From assembly GCF_009914755.1 (NCBI RefSeq), contig NC_060936.1: DNA of 64,000 bases; one strand, 5' to 3'. Position numbers and translations under genes: made by a program. Origin of the DNA: the human T2T-CHM13v2.0 reference genome, Homo sapiens. Shown piece by piece: positions 14,200 through 32,220 of this stretch. The first letter of the stretch is position 1. Every line of letters starts with the position of its first letter. The notes under the pieces are model-generated. The model searched no databases and had not been told where the DNA came from. It saw only the letters and a program-made list of their open reading frames with translations.

Positions 14200-16452
14200 T
14201 ATATTAGTCTATTCTCATGCTGCTATGAAGAAATACCCAAGACTGGGTAATTTATAAAGAAAAGGGGTTTGATTGGCTCATAGTTCTGCATGGCTGGGGA
14301 GGCCGCAGGAAACTTACAATCATAACAGAAGGTGTATTCTTCACAGAGCAGCAGGAAACAGAATGAGTGCCAGCAGGGAAAATGCCAGACACTTATAAAA
14401 CCATCGGATCTCATGAGAACTCACTCACTATCACAAGAACAGCATGGGAGAAACCACCCCCATGATTCAATTACCTCCCACTGGGTCCCTCCCATGACAT
14501 ATGGGGATTACTGGATTACAATTCAAGATGAGATTTGGATGGGGACAGAAAGCCAAACCATATCATTCCCCTCCTGTCCACTCCCAAATCTCATGTTCTC
14601 ACATTTCAAAATACAATCATGCCCTCCCAACAGTCCCCCAAAATCTTAACTCATTCCAGCATTAACCCAAAAGTCCAAGTCCAAAGTCTCATCTGAGACA
14701 AGGCAAGTCTCTTCTGCCTATGAGCCTGTAAAATCAAAAGCAACTTAGTTACTTCGTAGATACAATGAGGGTACAGGCATTGGGTAAATACGCCCATTCC
14801 AAATGGGATAAATTGGCCAAAATGAATGTGCTACAGGCCCCATGCAAGTCCAAAATCCAGTAGGGCAGTCATTAAATCTTAAAGTTACAAAATGTTTTCC
14901 TTTGACTCCATGTCTCACATCCAGTTCAGCCTGATGCAAGAGGTGGGCTCCCATGGCCTTGGGAATCTCTGCCCCTGTGGCTTTGCAGGGTACAGCCCCA
15001 CTCCTGGCTGTGCTTAGTGCCTGCAGCTTTCCCAAGCACATGTTGCAAACTGTCAATGGATCACCATTCTGGGGTTTGGAGAATGGTGGCCCTCTTCTCA
15101 GAGCTCGACTAGGCAGTGCTCCAGTGGAGACTCTGTGTGGGGGCTTCAACCCACATTTCCCTTCCACACTGCCCTAGCAGAGGTTATTCATGAGGGCTCC
15201 ACCCCTGCAGCAAACTTCTGCCTGGACATTCTGGCATTTCCATACATCCTCTGAAATTTAGGTGGAGGTTCCCAAACCTCAATTCTTGACTTCTGTGCAC
15301 CCACAGGCTCAAGACCACATAGAAGCCAACAAGGCTTGGGGCTTGCAGCCTCAGAAGCAATGGCCTGAACTTTACCTTGGCCCCTTTTAGCCACAGCTGG
15401 AGTTTAAGCAACTGGGATTCAGGGCACAATGTCCCAAGGGTGCACAGAGCAGGGGGGGCCCTAGACCCAGCTCATGAAACCATTTTTCCCTCCTAGGCCT
15501 CCAGGCCTGTGATGGGAGTGGCTGCTGTGAAGGTATCTGACATGCCCTGAAGACATTTTCCCCATTGTCTTGGTGATTAACATTTGTCTCCTTGTTACTT
15601 ATGCAAATTTCTGCAGCTGGCTTGAATTTCTCTCCAGAAAATGAGTTTTTCTTTTTTATTGCATGTTCAGGCTGCAAATTTTCCAAACTTTTATAGTCTA
15701 CTTCCTTTTGAACAGTTTGCTGCTTAGAAATTTCTTCTGCTAGATACCCTAAATCATGTCTCTCAAGTTCAAAGTTCCACAGATCTCTACAGAAGGGACA
15801 AAACACCACCAATCTCTTTACTAAAGCATAGCAAGAGTCACCTTTGCTCCAGTTCCCAACAAGTTCCTCGTCTCCATCTGAGGCCACCTCAGCCTGGACT
15901 TCATTGTCCATATCACCATCAGCATTTTGGTCAAAACCATTCAACAAGTCTCTCAGAAGTTCCAAACTTTGCCATATCTTCTTGTCTTCTTCTGAACCCT
16001 CCAAACTGTTCCAACCTCTGCCTGCTACCCAGTTGCAAAATCGCTTCCCTTCTACATTTCCAGGTATCCTTATAGCAGTGCCTCACTTCCTCAATACCAA
16101 TTTACTGTATTAGTCTATTTTCACACTGCTATGAAGAAATATTCGAGACTGGTTAATTTAAAAAGAAAAGAGGTTTAATTGAATCATAGTTCCACATGGC
16201 TGGGGAGGCCTCAGGAAGCTTATAGTCATGGCAGAAGGTGCATTCTTCACAGGCCGGCAGGAGAGAAAATGAGTGCCAGGAGAGGAAATGCCGGATTGCT
16301 ATAAACCTATCAGATCTCATGAGAACTCACTTACTGTCAGGAGAACAGCATGGGGGAAACCGCCCCCATGGGTCCCTCGCATTACATGTGGGGATTATGG
16401 GATTATAATTCAAGATGAGATTTAGGTGGGGACACAAAGCCAAACTATATCA
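14200..16452 (-). mobile_element. full-length THE1 (MaLR) element: LTR-int-LTR
   Basis: LTRs at 14200-14565 and 16106-16452 with a ~1.5-kb THE1-int between them. ORF 15387-16004 is the decayed MaLR internal ORF. Confidence 0.92.
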
Positions 16453-16667
16453 TGCTACTTACGAGTGGAGGTTATAGCATAAGGCTTCTTTGTACATCTT
16501 TAAGAAAATAAGCCACCTGTCTTCTGTCATCTGTCTTCTATTTTGATCTGACTGAAAGACATTGCTAAGCTAGTTTGCAAGGCAGCTCCCACCTCTAATT
16601 CTTCCCTCCTACTCCTTCACAGTTCAGGGAGGCTTCATTTCCAAAACGAGTGTGGTCATTGTACTTC

Positions 16668-16686
16668 TGGCCACCAGGTGGCAGGC
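16668..16686 (+). promoter_or_regulatory. CTCF motif (candidate)
   Basis: TGGCCACCAGGTGGCAGGC, a near-consensus CTCF core in unique sequence. Confidence 0.65.
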
Positions 16687-16991
16687 CAGATCCACTTAAT
16701 AACACTGCAGCCTTAATCCTCACTGGCTGCAATTATTTTCCTTTTTAATCAATCTGTTATTAATAATAGTGTCACCTTTTTGTAAACAAAACCACAGAAT
16801 TTTAACAATAGAGAAAAAATAAGAAGTAAGCTTGTTCATTGTCAATTTTTCTTTTTAAATCTTCCCCCAAAGGAGGAAGATGCATTGCACATTTTTGTTG
16901 ACTCTGGTGTCTCTTTCAGCATCTAGATGAAATAATAACATTTCTGTTTTAGACAAATAGATATATTTCTTCTGTTCCAAAAGGTAACAGT

Positions 16992-17320
<329 letters not shown>

Positions 17321-17752
17321 TCAGCATTTCTGGAGCATCTTTTCTCAAACATTCCTTGTTTATTTGGGAGATTAAGTTTCTTCTGAGGATAAAAAAAGAT
17401 TAGAAGTTAGATTGGTATTGTCTTAGGGGAAAACAGGCAAGTAGAATGATAATAGAACTTTGTTGCCATAGAATATACAACTAAGTAATACTGTTTATAA
17501 TGTTCCAATTTACTACAGGTTGTGCATGCAAGCAGTCCTCTGTTTATCTCCTCATCCTCCAGTGTCACATGTCAATTGCCCTGTCACTAACTAATCACAA
17601 ACCACACTGGCCTTTTATTAGTTTCTTGAATGGCATTAAATTCTTTCTGTCTCAGTCAGGGCTGTGCACATACCTGGTATCTTCCACTGAACTGCTCCTC
17701 TCTTAGCTCTGTATAGCCAGCTCCTTCTCATACTTTGTCGTAACTTAAATAT

Positions 17753-18602
17753 TAATAGAGGCAGGAGGCAGAGAAATCCTAGACAGACAGGGATGGGTCC
17801 CTGGGGAAACCTTACCTTCAGGTCAAAAACAGCCTGAAACCCACAGACCAGAGTGAGGACTTCCATTCCTGTTTGTTGGCTCTCTTCTTATTGGTTCTTT
17901 CTGAATAATGCCTTTTAACCAATTGAATGTTGCTTTTTCCAATACTACCTATGGCCCACCCTGCCCCCATCCTGTTCCTATAAAGGCCCCTGTCAGTGGA
18001 GGGGAGACAGCCTGACTTTGGGGAGGAGACAGCTTGACTTCAGGGAAACATGATCTGCTTTTCTGATACCCTCTCCAGCTCCCCTCTCCACTAGAGAACT
18101 GTTTTCATCGCTCAATAAAATTCTCCACTCTTACCATTCTTCAGTTGTCAAGTGTGACCTCATTCTTCTTGGACGCTGGACAAAAGCTTGGGACCCACTA
18201 AGTGCAGGTGGAGGCTGTCACACTGGCCCTTTGCCCTTGCAAGTGGAGGGCAACCACCCCACTGGCAGCTACAGGGTCAGTGGCCAACTGAGCTGCTAAC
18301 ACACAGCCGTTTATCGACTGTGGATGGTGGAACTAAAAGAGCTAAGTAGCACACTCACACCCCCTCTGGGGCTTTGGGATCATGGGCACCAGGCTGCCAT
18401 GTTCCCCTCAAGGCAACATGACTGGTCTGGACATGGGCTTTGCATGGAGCTTGCTCCTGTATTGGTGCTTGGAGTGGCTGGCCAGATCCCATACTCACTT
18501 GCTTATGTGTTACCTCTCTCAAGGGGCGGAGCATGGTGGGCCGAGGAGATGGGGCACTCGTGCTAGGAGTCCGGCAAAAGGGCCAAGAAAAATCCTGCAT
18601 GA
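17753..18602 (+). mobile_element. ERV1 solo LTR (LTR27/LTR28/MER52 group)
   Basis: 4-bp TSD atat on both sides, TATA (cctataaagg ~17978) and AATAAA (~18114). Inserted into an old L2-like sequence. Confidence 0.8.
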
Positions 18603-18745
18603 ATATTACAATCTCTGATCATCCAGTTAAAGTTTCTAGGGCCCCTCTGCTGTTGCTGTCAATCTCAAACACTTTTTTGTTTCATTTACAACACATATTG
18701 GAACTTGTATTATTTTGAATTTGCTTTTTAACTTAAATTTTATAA

Positions 18746-19106
<361 letters not shown>

Positions 19107-20102
19107 CTTTTTCATTCACTGAATAATTTCACTACTTTACAAATATGTGTCAGGCACTAGGCTAGCAGACACACACATAATATTTGTTAAATAACCATAC
19201 CTTTCTAGAAGGAACTTCCCCTTTAAAGTTTTTCTATATACAAATTGAGAAACAGGTAGAAAGAATCCACATTCTTAGAACTTATTCTTAGCAGATAATT
19301 TAATTTGAATCTCAATGAAAATGAAATTTAATAAATATGACTATTAAGAGACAATCAGAGTCATATTTTTAAAAAGTACATTCACTGACCTAATGAGTTA
19401 TGATGTGTGGAGAACATATCACAGAACCAGAAACATCCTGTCCAAAACAGCCTAGCATATTTTAGTTCAACAAACAAAATGATGTGTTGAAATTTAGTTG
19501 GTGAGATAAGACAAAGCCAGCCCATTTGGGTCTAAATTTATGAGATTTTTTATCCAGAACATGATTATAATGATTATTTCACTTAGAGTTGTGTGAATCT
19601 GACCTAACCAAGGATAACAATGGGTAGGTCGAAGATCATATTTATGACATCTTGGCCCTGGATTTTTCCAGTTCGTTCAGACTTCAAAACCTTTGAAGGG
19701 AGTCTTAGGTTCTTACCTTATTGTTATTAAGATGTTCAAAAAGCTCAAGAATTCTAAAAAGCCAGAATGAGGGGATAACTTTCACCAAAGACTTTTCCTT
19801 TATCTTTTGTTGTACGTGGTCACTTAACTGTTTTAGCTTAATTTAACAAAAAAGATGAGAAAATATTTTTACAGTATCATGAGATGAGGCTTCTAATGGG
19901 CCGGTGGCCAAGGATGGGGAAAAGAATCAAGGACAGATTAAATCTCCAAAGTAAGAGAATCTATTATATAGCAAACAAACTTGTATAATTAATCTCTAGG
20001 AGCACGGGTTCTAATAAGCCCAGGTACCACAAAGATAGAGAATTGCTTCTTCTGTCCAGGCAAAAGGCATGACTAAAGGTGTGACTTGCTCTCTGGGGAT
20101 GA

Positions 20103-20672
<570 letters not shown>

Positions 20673-20790
20673 ATTTTCTCTTTCTTAAAACATTTTGCCC
20701 AATGCTAAATTTTACTGCTTGGTTTCACCATAGTAATCTGCTCTAGAAGAAAATTACCACAGGTGGGATTGTCAAGGTGTTCCGGGATAA

Positions 20791-21101
<311 letters not shown>

Positions 21102-23248
21102 CTCATTTCTATTTTCTACATGCCTTTTTTTTTTCTTTGCTTTCATTGTTCAGCTTCATGCCATGATCTTATTCTGACCATGATGAAATTAGTAGAATAG
21201 ATCTTCACTTACGTTCTCTGCTCCCAGTGACTAATGTAGAGACAAGAGTTTTTATATTATTTGAATTTTTGTTATGAAAAAATGTAAACATTAAGTAATA
21301 TAGACATAATAACTTAATGAACTACCATGTGCCCATCACCCAGCTTCAACTCACTCCCCAATCAAGGTGAATGTGTATCTACCATGAGTGAGTAAACTAC
21401 CACGTGCCCATCACCCAGCTTCAACAAGCATCGACTCACTCTCCAATCAAGGTGAAATATCAGACATCATGTGATTTTATCGGTCAGTACATTTCCCTGA
21501 TTTTTAAGTACATTTAAGTCAGTACATTTTCTGTTTTTAAGTAAATTATACAGGGATTCACTATGGTGACTAGTTATATCTTTTACCTTTGTTTTTGCTA
21601 TTGTTTTTGTTGCTTGCATGAATTGAGTCATTTGTCTTTTAGGGTTTTCCACAGTCTTGATTTGCTGATTGCACCTCTGTATGTAGTTCAACATCTTCTT
21701 CTTTTTTCTATATATATCCTGTGTATTGGTAGCAAGGTAGATACTTGGTAAGATTCAAGTTGGAATAATTTTATGAGGGGCAAAAAGCCCTACTATTTCA
21801 TAGTAAGAGTTGTGTAGTTACATTCAGAGGCATTTACTATCTAGTGTCTCTTTTATGTAATGTCAGCAGCAACTGATGGTCATTAACTAGGTCCCTTAAT
21901 TCATGACACAAAACGTTGAAAGTTTAATTCAATCATTCCCTATTCATTTATTGGCTGAAGTACTTTCATAAATAGCGACTTCACCTCATCAATTATTAGG
22001 TTACTCTTTGTTACGGTTTGTATAAGAGTTTGCAGGAGAAGTACTTGATTCTTTTCTTTATCAGCTTTCTAATTAATGAATAAACTCAGGAGGGGAGCGA
22101 TTTTTTACTTTCATAAAATAAAAATAATTTCAGACTTACAGAAAAAGTTGTGAGAAAGAGACAAAGAATGTGTAAATAGCTAGTCTTGACTCAGACTTCT
22201 TAAATGTTAATGTGCTACATTTGCTTTACGTAATCTTTCTTGGTTACATTTCAAAGAGAAGGCTTCTAGGTCCTTGAAAATGACATTACTGAGTTGTAAA
22301 ACTGGCAATAGGTTGGAAAAGATTTACACCTCAAAGGGGCTGAGAAATAATTTATAATTGCAAGTTTTCTAAAGTAAATACTATAAGAAAAGGGAGGCCA
22401 GAGAGCTATAGTTAGGAAGAAATTTGTCTAAAATTTCAGTTAAGATCAGGAGAAGGTTAAGGCTGATATTGGATAGTATGTGTGTATATGTGCATATTTG
22501 TTTATATATGTGTATGTATATATATATGCATACATGTATATGCACACATTCACATATAGAATGGATATTTTTGTACTGTTTACTAAAGTACTTTGCAAAC
22601 ATGATGTTCTCTTAACCCGTCAGTATGTAAGTATTTCCTCAGAAATCTGCTTGCATCTGAAAGTTCTTCCTGTGGTGTTGGAAAGCAGGCTTTCATGACA
22701 TCACAATCTGAGTTGCTGTATTCTTATAGGTCATTCGATTCCTCTTGTTGAACTGGAGAAACTTCTCCCATAATTGACTGGATGACTGGATTTCTTTGTT
22801 ACTGTTCTTGCTGTTTTTTTTTTTTTTTTTTTTTTTTCAGAGAAGAGTGACTGTCTTGCAGCTTCTAGTCAAATGAGAGCAATATGAGAAAAATGGGATA
22901 TATGTGCTGATTTTAATTTCTCATTCAACACTCCATTTTGATTTGTCTTCTGAAGTGTTGACCATGATATTTACAGTGGCATTTGAATTGTCAATGTCAA
23001 GCTGATTTCATTTTACTAATGTGGGATACATTTATAATTTTTCTTTTCATAGTGATATGAACAAAATCATTAACAAATATTAACAAAACACATTACACAA
23101 AGCGATCTTCACTTGTATCAACCTCCAGGTTGGACATAAACAGGAAAACATTTTCAATCCCTTCTCTCCTCAAAAATCCAAAGCAGCTACCCACTGTACC
23201 ATCTGGTGGATAGTGGATAGTTGACTCAAAAATAAATGAAAGATATGG

Positions 23249-24382
<1,134 letters not shown>

Positions 24383-25247
24383 CCAAAATGAAAGATATGG
24401 AACAATGTGAAAAATCTGGCTATTGATATTTACCTTATCAGTGCTTAAAACTGTCTAGTGACAATTTTACAGAATGAGCCATCGAACTAGGATAAGAAGT
24501 GTGCAAATAAAGGTGTTATAATGTGAAATAGTGATCTTACTAGGGATTCTCATTGGTAGCGGTTTTAGAAACCAGAGTAGAGAAGATCAAATATAGTTTG
24601 ATTTAAAAATACAATGATTCCGTGTTTATTTTTAATAAATATAACTAATAAATAAATTGCTGCAGGTATGCGGGACTGAAATAAGGTGTCAGTACCTCAC
24701 ACGAGAGCTTCAGATGGCTTCACTGCTACAGCTTGCCTGTCTATGTGGTTAGAAACTGTTGTTTAGTGGTTTCAGTGGTGAGCAGTTCGTGGGCTTCCGG
24801 TTTCTCTTTCTGAAATGGTCGAAGAATAGTGGCAAATAGGTCACTTGTTGTTGGTCAAGCGCTCAGGCAATTTTTTAAAGGATTGGTAAGGTGGTTCTGA
24901 AGCCCCTTGCAAGGGAATTTAGAAAAAAATATCTACGTCATAGAACTCTATCCTATGATTTTGTTGTTGAAACTGGAACATAAAAGAAAAGAGAGAGAGA
25001 GGAAGACAAGCAAACGCCTAAACAGAGCTCAGGGAACACCTTCAGGACAGGGAACTGGAGAACAGTCATCAAATCAGTCGCTACCCACCAGGCTCAAGGA
25101 CTCACAAACTACCATTTGTGACCAATATACTCATTCACTCAATTTCAGTCAGTGTCTGGGGTATCAAGCTCTAGAAACCAGAAATAAAGCCAGAAACAAA
25201 GGAAAAAGTTTTCATTTCCAATAAACTCAGTTATTGTTAAAACTTCA

Positions 25248-25580
<333 letters not shown>

Positions 25581-25826
25581 CTTCATTGAAGAAATCATGC
25601 TCTTACTCTTCCTGTAGAGTGGTAATGCAGTACTGATTTAATTTAAATATAACCTATATTGATGGTTAATATTTATTGGTGTTTACTATATGTCAGGCTT
25701 TGTGTAAAGCATTTGCGTGCATTAGCTCAAATAATTATTGTCATAATGCAGCAAGATATATAATGTTACTATGTACATTTTACATATAAGGACACTGAGG
25801 ATTATCAATTAATGTGCTCAATTTCT

Positions 25827-26151
<325 letters not shown>

Positions 26152-26579
26152 TCAATTCCGCCTAGCTAGCAATTGGAACAACTAATAGTCTAAGAAAGGT
26201 TTATTCCATTTCAGAAAGATAAGCTTGCAGAAAGACAGTATGTGAATACATGAAAATCTGTTTTATTTTTAGCTCAATTTTCCAGTAATTTTTAACTCTC
26301 TGTTTGAATTTAACTATATAAATAAACCTGTACATACTATTGTATATTGATTATTTAATCATTAATTTCTGTACATGTACTTGTCTTTCTGTGTACTGCC
26401 TACTTGTCCTCATTGAGCCAACATATAGATAATGACGTATGATTAAATTAAACCTGCCAACTTCCATGACAGTCAAAGTACTTTTGGAAGTTTTGCCATG
26501 CTTTCAATGTGTACTTTATTTCCTATTATAGTTTCTCTCTTTCCATGTTTTATTTCCCTTAAGAAACATTTATTTTACT

Positions 26580-26735
26580 TTATTTTGGAGGAAAAGTCTT
26601 ACCCTGTCACCCAGGTTGAAGTGCAGTGGCATGATCACAGCTTACTGTAACCTCGGGCTCCAGACTTAAGTGATCCTACTGCCTCAGCCTCCCAATGTGC
26701 TGGGATTACAGATGTGAGCTACCATGCCTGGCCAA
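26580..26735 (-). mobile_element. Alu monomer-like (FLAM/AluJ fragment)
   Basis: Short, diverged antisense Alu. Confidence 0.7.
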
Positions 26736-27654
26736 TTTACTTTAAAAAGAAGCATTTGTTTGTTTGTTTGTTTGAAATGTTATGATATTTTAACATACAA
26801 TGCATTTCATCTCATGATAGCATTTTCATTGAGAGGGCAAATTTTATAATATCCCTAGGATTTATGTAAAGTTGAATTTATATTAAGTTGCCCTACTTAA
26901 TTGTATATTGCTCCCTCCTTTCTTGGTTCTGTGTGTTTAGAAACCTCTGACTGGAAAGATATAAGTGCAAACTTGTCACTATAGTCTGAATGCAGAAATT
27001 GTGGGGATTTTTTTTTCATCCCATATACACACATTTTGTGTTTATTATATACTAGTGAACATAAAATTACATGGTATTAAAATTATGAATATATACTACA
27101 TTTTTAAGGAACTCAGTCCAGTGGAAATACTAATAAACATCAGTGATAATGCAATGTAATAAATGATATAGATGAAGTGTGTATAACAGGTTCTTATACA
27201 GTTCAGAATTATCCTCTTGCTTCAACACAGTGACTGCTTCACAAGATAGGGTAGGAAATATGATTTGTGACCTGTCTGAGAAAACTCTTCCATATATCTA
27301 CAAAATTTGAATTTACACTATGGTGTATAGTAATATATGTTGGCATACAATATTATTCTATGGATAAAATTAAAATGCATATTCTATTTTATTCTGTAAT
27401 TATATACCATAAAACTATTGACCAAATGGAATATTGAAGAACATGTCATTTGTCAAATCATTCCTATAATGTGCAAATAATTTTTGTTTTTTAGGATGGT
27501 TGATGTGAGGTTTTTTAATTTGTTTTGGCTATGTTTAGATATTTCACATCTGTTAGTCTGAATTCAAATAATGAACCACATTGAAGTCTTCCTTCATAGT
27601 CCCATTAAATGGAGAGTCAGCAGATGTTTCTTAGTCTAAATGAGTAGGGAATTT

Positions 27655-27936
<282 letters not shown>

Positions 27937-28350
27937 TAATATTTTCCATGATGCTGAATTCTCCACATACTTCTACTGAGCTAAGCTCAACTGCATTTGT
28001 AATTTGTTTAACCTTTATCATACTGTCTGAATTTTTATATTTCTAATATCATCTAAGTCATGAGAACAATTTATTGGAATGTGATTTAGTTAGTTGGTTA
28101 ACATTTATAATTTATTTTTTTCAAACATCTTATCCAAGTAGATGTGTTAAATTTTATATGCTTACACTTTTTGTGTAAGTAGATGTACTAATTTTTGTAT
28201 AACATTTTTAGAAAATTTAATACCTTTCCATCTTAGGCTTGATGCAGTGTTTTGTGTGTTTTTTAAGACTTATTCATTTTTATAATAGAGTTTGCTTCAC
28301 TTTCATATTTTATTTTCTTTAATCTAATTTAGTGAGTCTAAGATACATTG

Positions 28351-28715
28351 TGGTATAGTTTGGCTCTGTCCCAAACCAAATCTCATCTTGAATTGAAGTT
28401 CCCCTAATCCCCACATGTCATGGGAGGGACCAAGTGGGAAGGTAATTAAATCATGGGAGCAGTTGCACCCATGCTATTCTCATGATAGTGAGTGAGTTCT
28501 TATAACATCTGATGGTTTTATAAGGGGCTTTTCTCCCTTTACTTGGCATTTCTCTGTCCCGGCCACCCAGTGAAGAGGGACTTATTTGCTTCCCCTTCTG
28601 CCACGATTGAGACCTCTGCAGCCATGCAGAGCTGTGAGTCAATTAAACCTCTTTCCTTTACAAATTACCCAGTCTCGAGTATGTCCCTATAGCAGCATGA
28701 GTACGGACTAATACA
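28351..28715 (+). mobile_element. THE1D/MSTA-type solo LTR
   Basis: tggtatagtttggctctgtc...gactaataca; 5-bp TSD cattg/tattg. Confidence 0.85.
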
Positions 28716-29174
28716 TATTGTTTTTTACATTTTAATGTCTCTGAAATTAGCATGCCTCTCAAAATATATGAAGTCTTACAGTCACTGCTGGCCAGGAGAC
28801 AGTTGCAATGTGCACATGCGTGACCTTGATTTTCACTGGTGCTAGTGTCACTGCTTCAGTGAAGTTATGTACATTGTTGGTCCTGCATGTTTTACTCATC
28901 ACATCATTTAGACACCATCATAGGATGGAATGGAAATTCTCTGATCCTGTTTTTTTCCCCACAATTTTTCTAATCCTGTTTTAAAAAAAAATCTATGAGG
29001 CTTTTACAGATCAAGAAATCACCATCAAAAAACTCTAAATAATGAGCATCAGAAGCTACAAAGAAAATCTTGGAGACATTAGAGGGGCACTCTTTTTAAA
29101 AAAATGGTACATGACTATTGTTCTTTATGGCACAGAAAACAATATTGTGTTGAAAACAATTATGGTAATGATAA

Positions 29175-29651
<477 letters not shown>

Positions 29652-31199
29652 TAAGTATACTTTCCGCTTGATGATTGCACTTTTTGTTTTCTTTGAATCA
29701 TATGCTTAGATAGAACATCATTACCATTCTGTTACAATGGAGATTTTAACATGTTCACACTTGAAAATATCAATTTTGAATTCCATTTGCATCTATAATT
29801 ATATCAGGTTTAAACTCACATACAATAAACTATATACGACGGATAATGTGTCCTCTATTATTCTACCCATAAACAAAGTAAATGTATTTCCAAACATGGA
29901 GTCATTGGCATCAGCCAACCTGTGGGGGAGATTCTAAATTAGGCTTAACAGGGGACAGGGGAGTTGCTAACATCCCTTACAGTAAACTACTGAGGCAGTC
30001 CTTGATTCTGCCACATTATGAGGATTTTATACATAAGGTATTTCATGAAAGAAAGAGAAATAGTAAAACTGCACCAAAGGAGAAACAGTATCGAATTGCA
30101 AACAAAGAAGACAGAAGAAACAATAACAACAGTTAACAATGCTTTCTCATTCAATCCCTAGAAAAACCTTGTGATGAGGATACTTTTATCCCCTTCATTT
30201 TACAGATGTGGAAAAAGTAGATTAGGGAATTCAACTGGACCAAAGTTATAAATATAGTAAGTGACACAACTCAAACTAATATCTTGCCTTCTCTGGTATC
30301 AAACTTGTGCCCTTATCATATATCAAAATGCTTCCAAGAAAATTAAATATACGGTTTGCAACCAGTGGAGAAACTCTTGGGGAAATCGTCAATTTTTTAA
30401 AAAAGAATTTATTGAGAAGCATCCTTGAAACAACTTGAAAAAAGAGTAAGAAATTATTTCATACTTAATTTTCTACAAAGAACAAAATAATGAATCTCAC
30501 ATTTATCACACATATGCAGTGAGAAGGACTCCTGGAGGCTGCAGCAGTCAGTGCCTTTCACACAGGAAGGGACCCTTACTCTGAGCTCTGCTAAGCAGAA
30601 GGGTGGTAGTGTCCCATGGTGGCTCGTAATGCATTTCTTGACCCAATGACTTCCTTTGTGGTTTCATCAGAGTTCGCAGGAGCTGCCATCACTCTAGCTT
30701 TATGGTTTTCAACTCTAACAAAGTGAGGAGTATAGTAGTCCTTTTGTTTTCTCGAAGACCATTAGGATCACTTGTTGTACATACGTTGTCCGTCATGCTC
30801 AGATTTCCTAGGAATTCAACTTCTGTCCTGAGTCTCTGCCTTTATTTCTATCCTGGTGCATTAGGCTGTCAACCTAGAAGGAAACATTTACATCCCCTCA
30901 ACCACTCTCTCTCTTAAGTCCTTACCATTTCCCAAGGTGGTGATAACGTTTTGCTTTTTTTTTTTTTTTTTTTTAGAGGGGCTGTTATGAGTTGTGCTGG
31001 AAACCAAGAAAGGATGAGCAAAGAAAAAAGTTCCCCTGAGTCATTTGGCCCCAAACGTTTTAGCATACCCAAAGGCGCCAGAGCCCTTTCAGTAACATGT
31101 ATTATTCCTGTTAAAGATCCTTCCCCTTGGTTTGGGTTCTGTAGCTAGACAAAGAGAAGGTTAAGAACATCTGCTTCTGTGTCACATTGTTCCAAACTT

Positions 31200-31385
31200 T
31201 TCTTTTCTTTTCTTTTCTTTTTTTGAGACGGGGTCTCTCTCTGTTGCCCAGGCTGGAGTGCAGTGGCAAAATCTCCCGCTCACTGCAACCTCTGCCTCCT
31301 GGGTTCAACTGATTCTCCTACCTCAGCCTCCAGAGCAGCTGGGACTACAGGCTCCCGCCACCATGCCAGGCTAATTTTTGTATTT
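31200..31385 (-). mobile_element. Alu right arm
   Basis: Antisense half Alu. Confidence 0.85.
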
Positions 31386-31832
31386 GTCCCAAAGTTTTCT
31401 GCTTGGCCTAGATAAAACTTGGGTATTAATTTATCAGTTACCTTTTAAACACATTTTAAAATTTACATTTGCAACACCCCTTTGATTATTAACTTCCATT
31501 ATATGTTGAGGCAAGTCAGTACGAAGTGGTTTCAAAGTCACATAATACTTTAAAAATGGATAGCATATTAAGGTAATATAAAGGGTCTTGGGTCTGTGAA
31601 GCTAGAGAAGATCCAGACCAGGAGAAAGTCTCAGGTATTTAAGAGCATGTTTTCTGGTTAAGGAAAGGATAATTGAAAGCAGCCGCAAGTGCCATGTTTC
31701 ATTCATTTACCATCATTATCAACGACTTATTTAATGTAGTCATAATTTTGTAATCGGGATTTCTGAAGTTCGATAAACTGGAGCTAACATATGTTGCCTC
31801 GCTAGCATTAACTACAGATGTTAACATACTAA

Positions 31833-32176
<344 letters not shown>

Positions 32177-32220
32177 TTTATGCTATTTCTTTGGCAAACA
32201 CAAAAAGGAATGGTCTGGTC

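Noticed and set aside
14745-16004. 205-aa and 140-aa minus-strand ORFs
   Set aside because: Decayed THE1-int ORF, common to MaLR copies.
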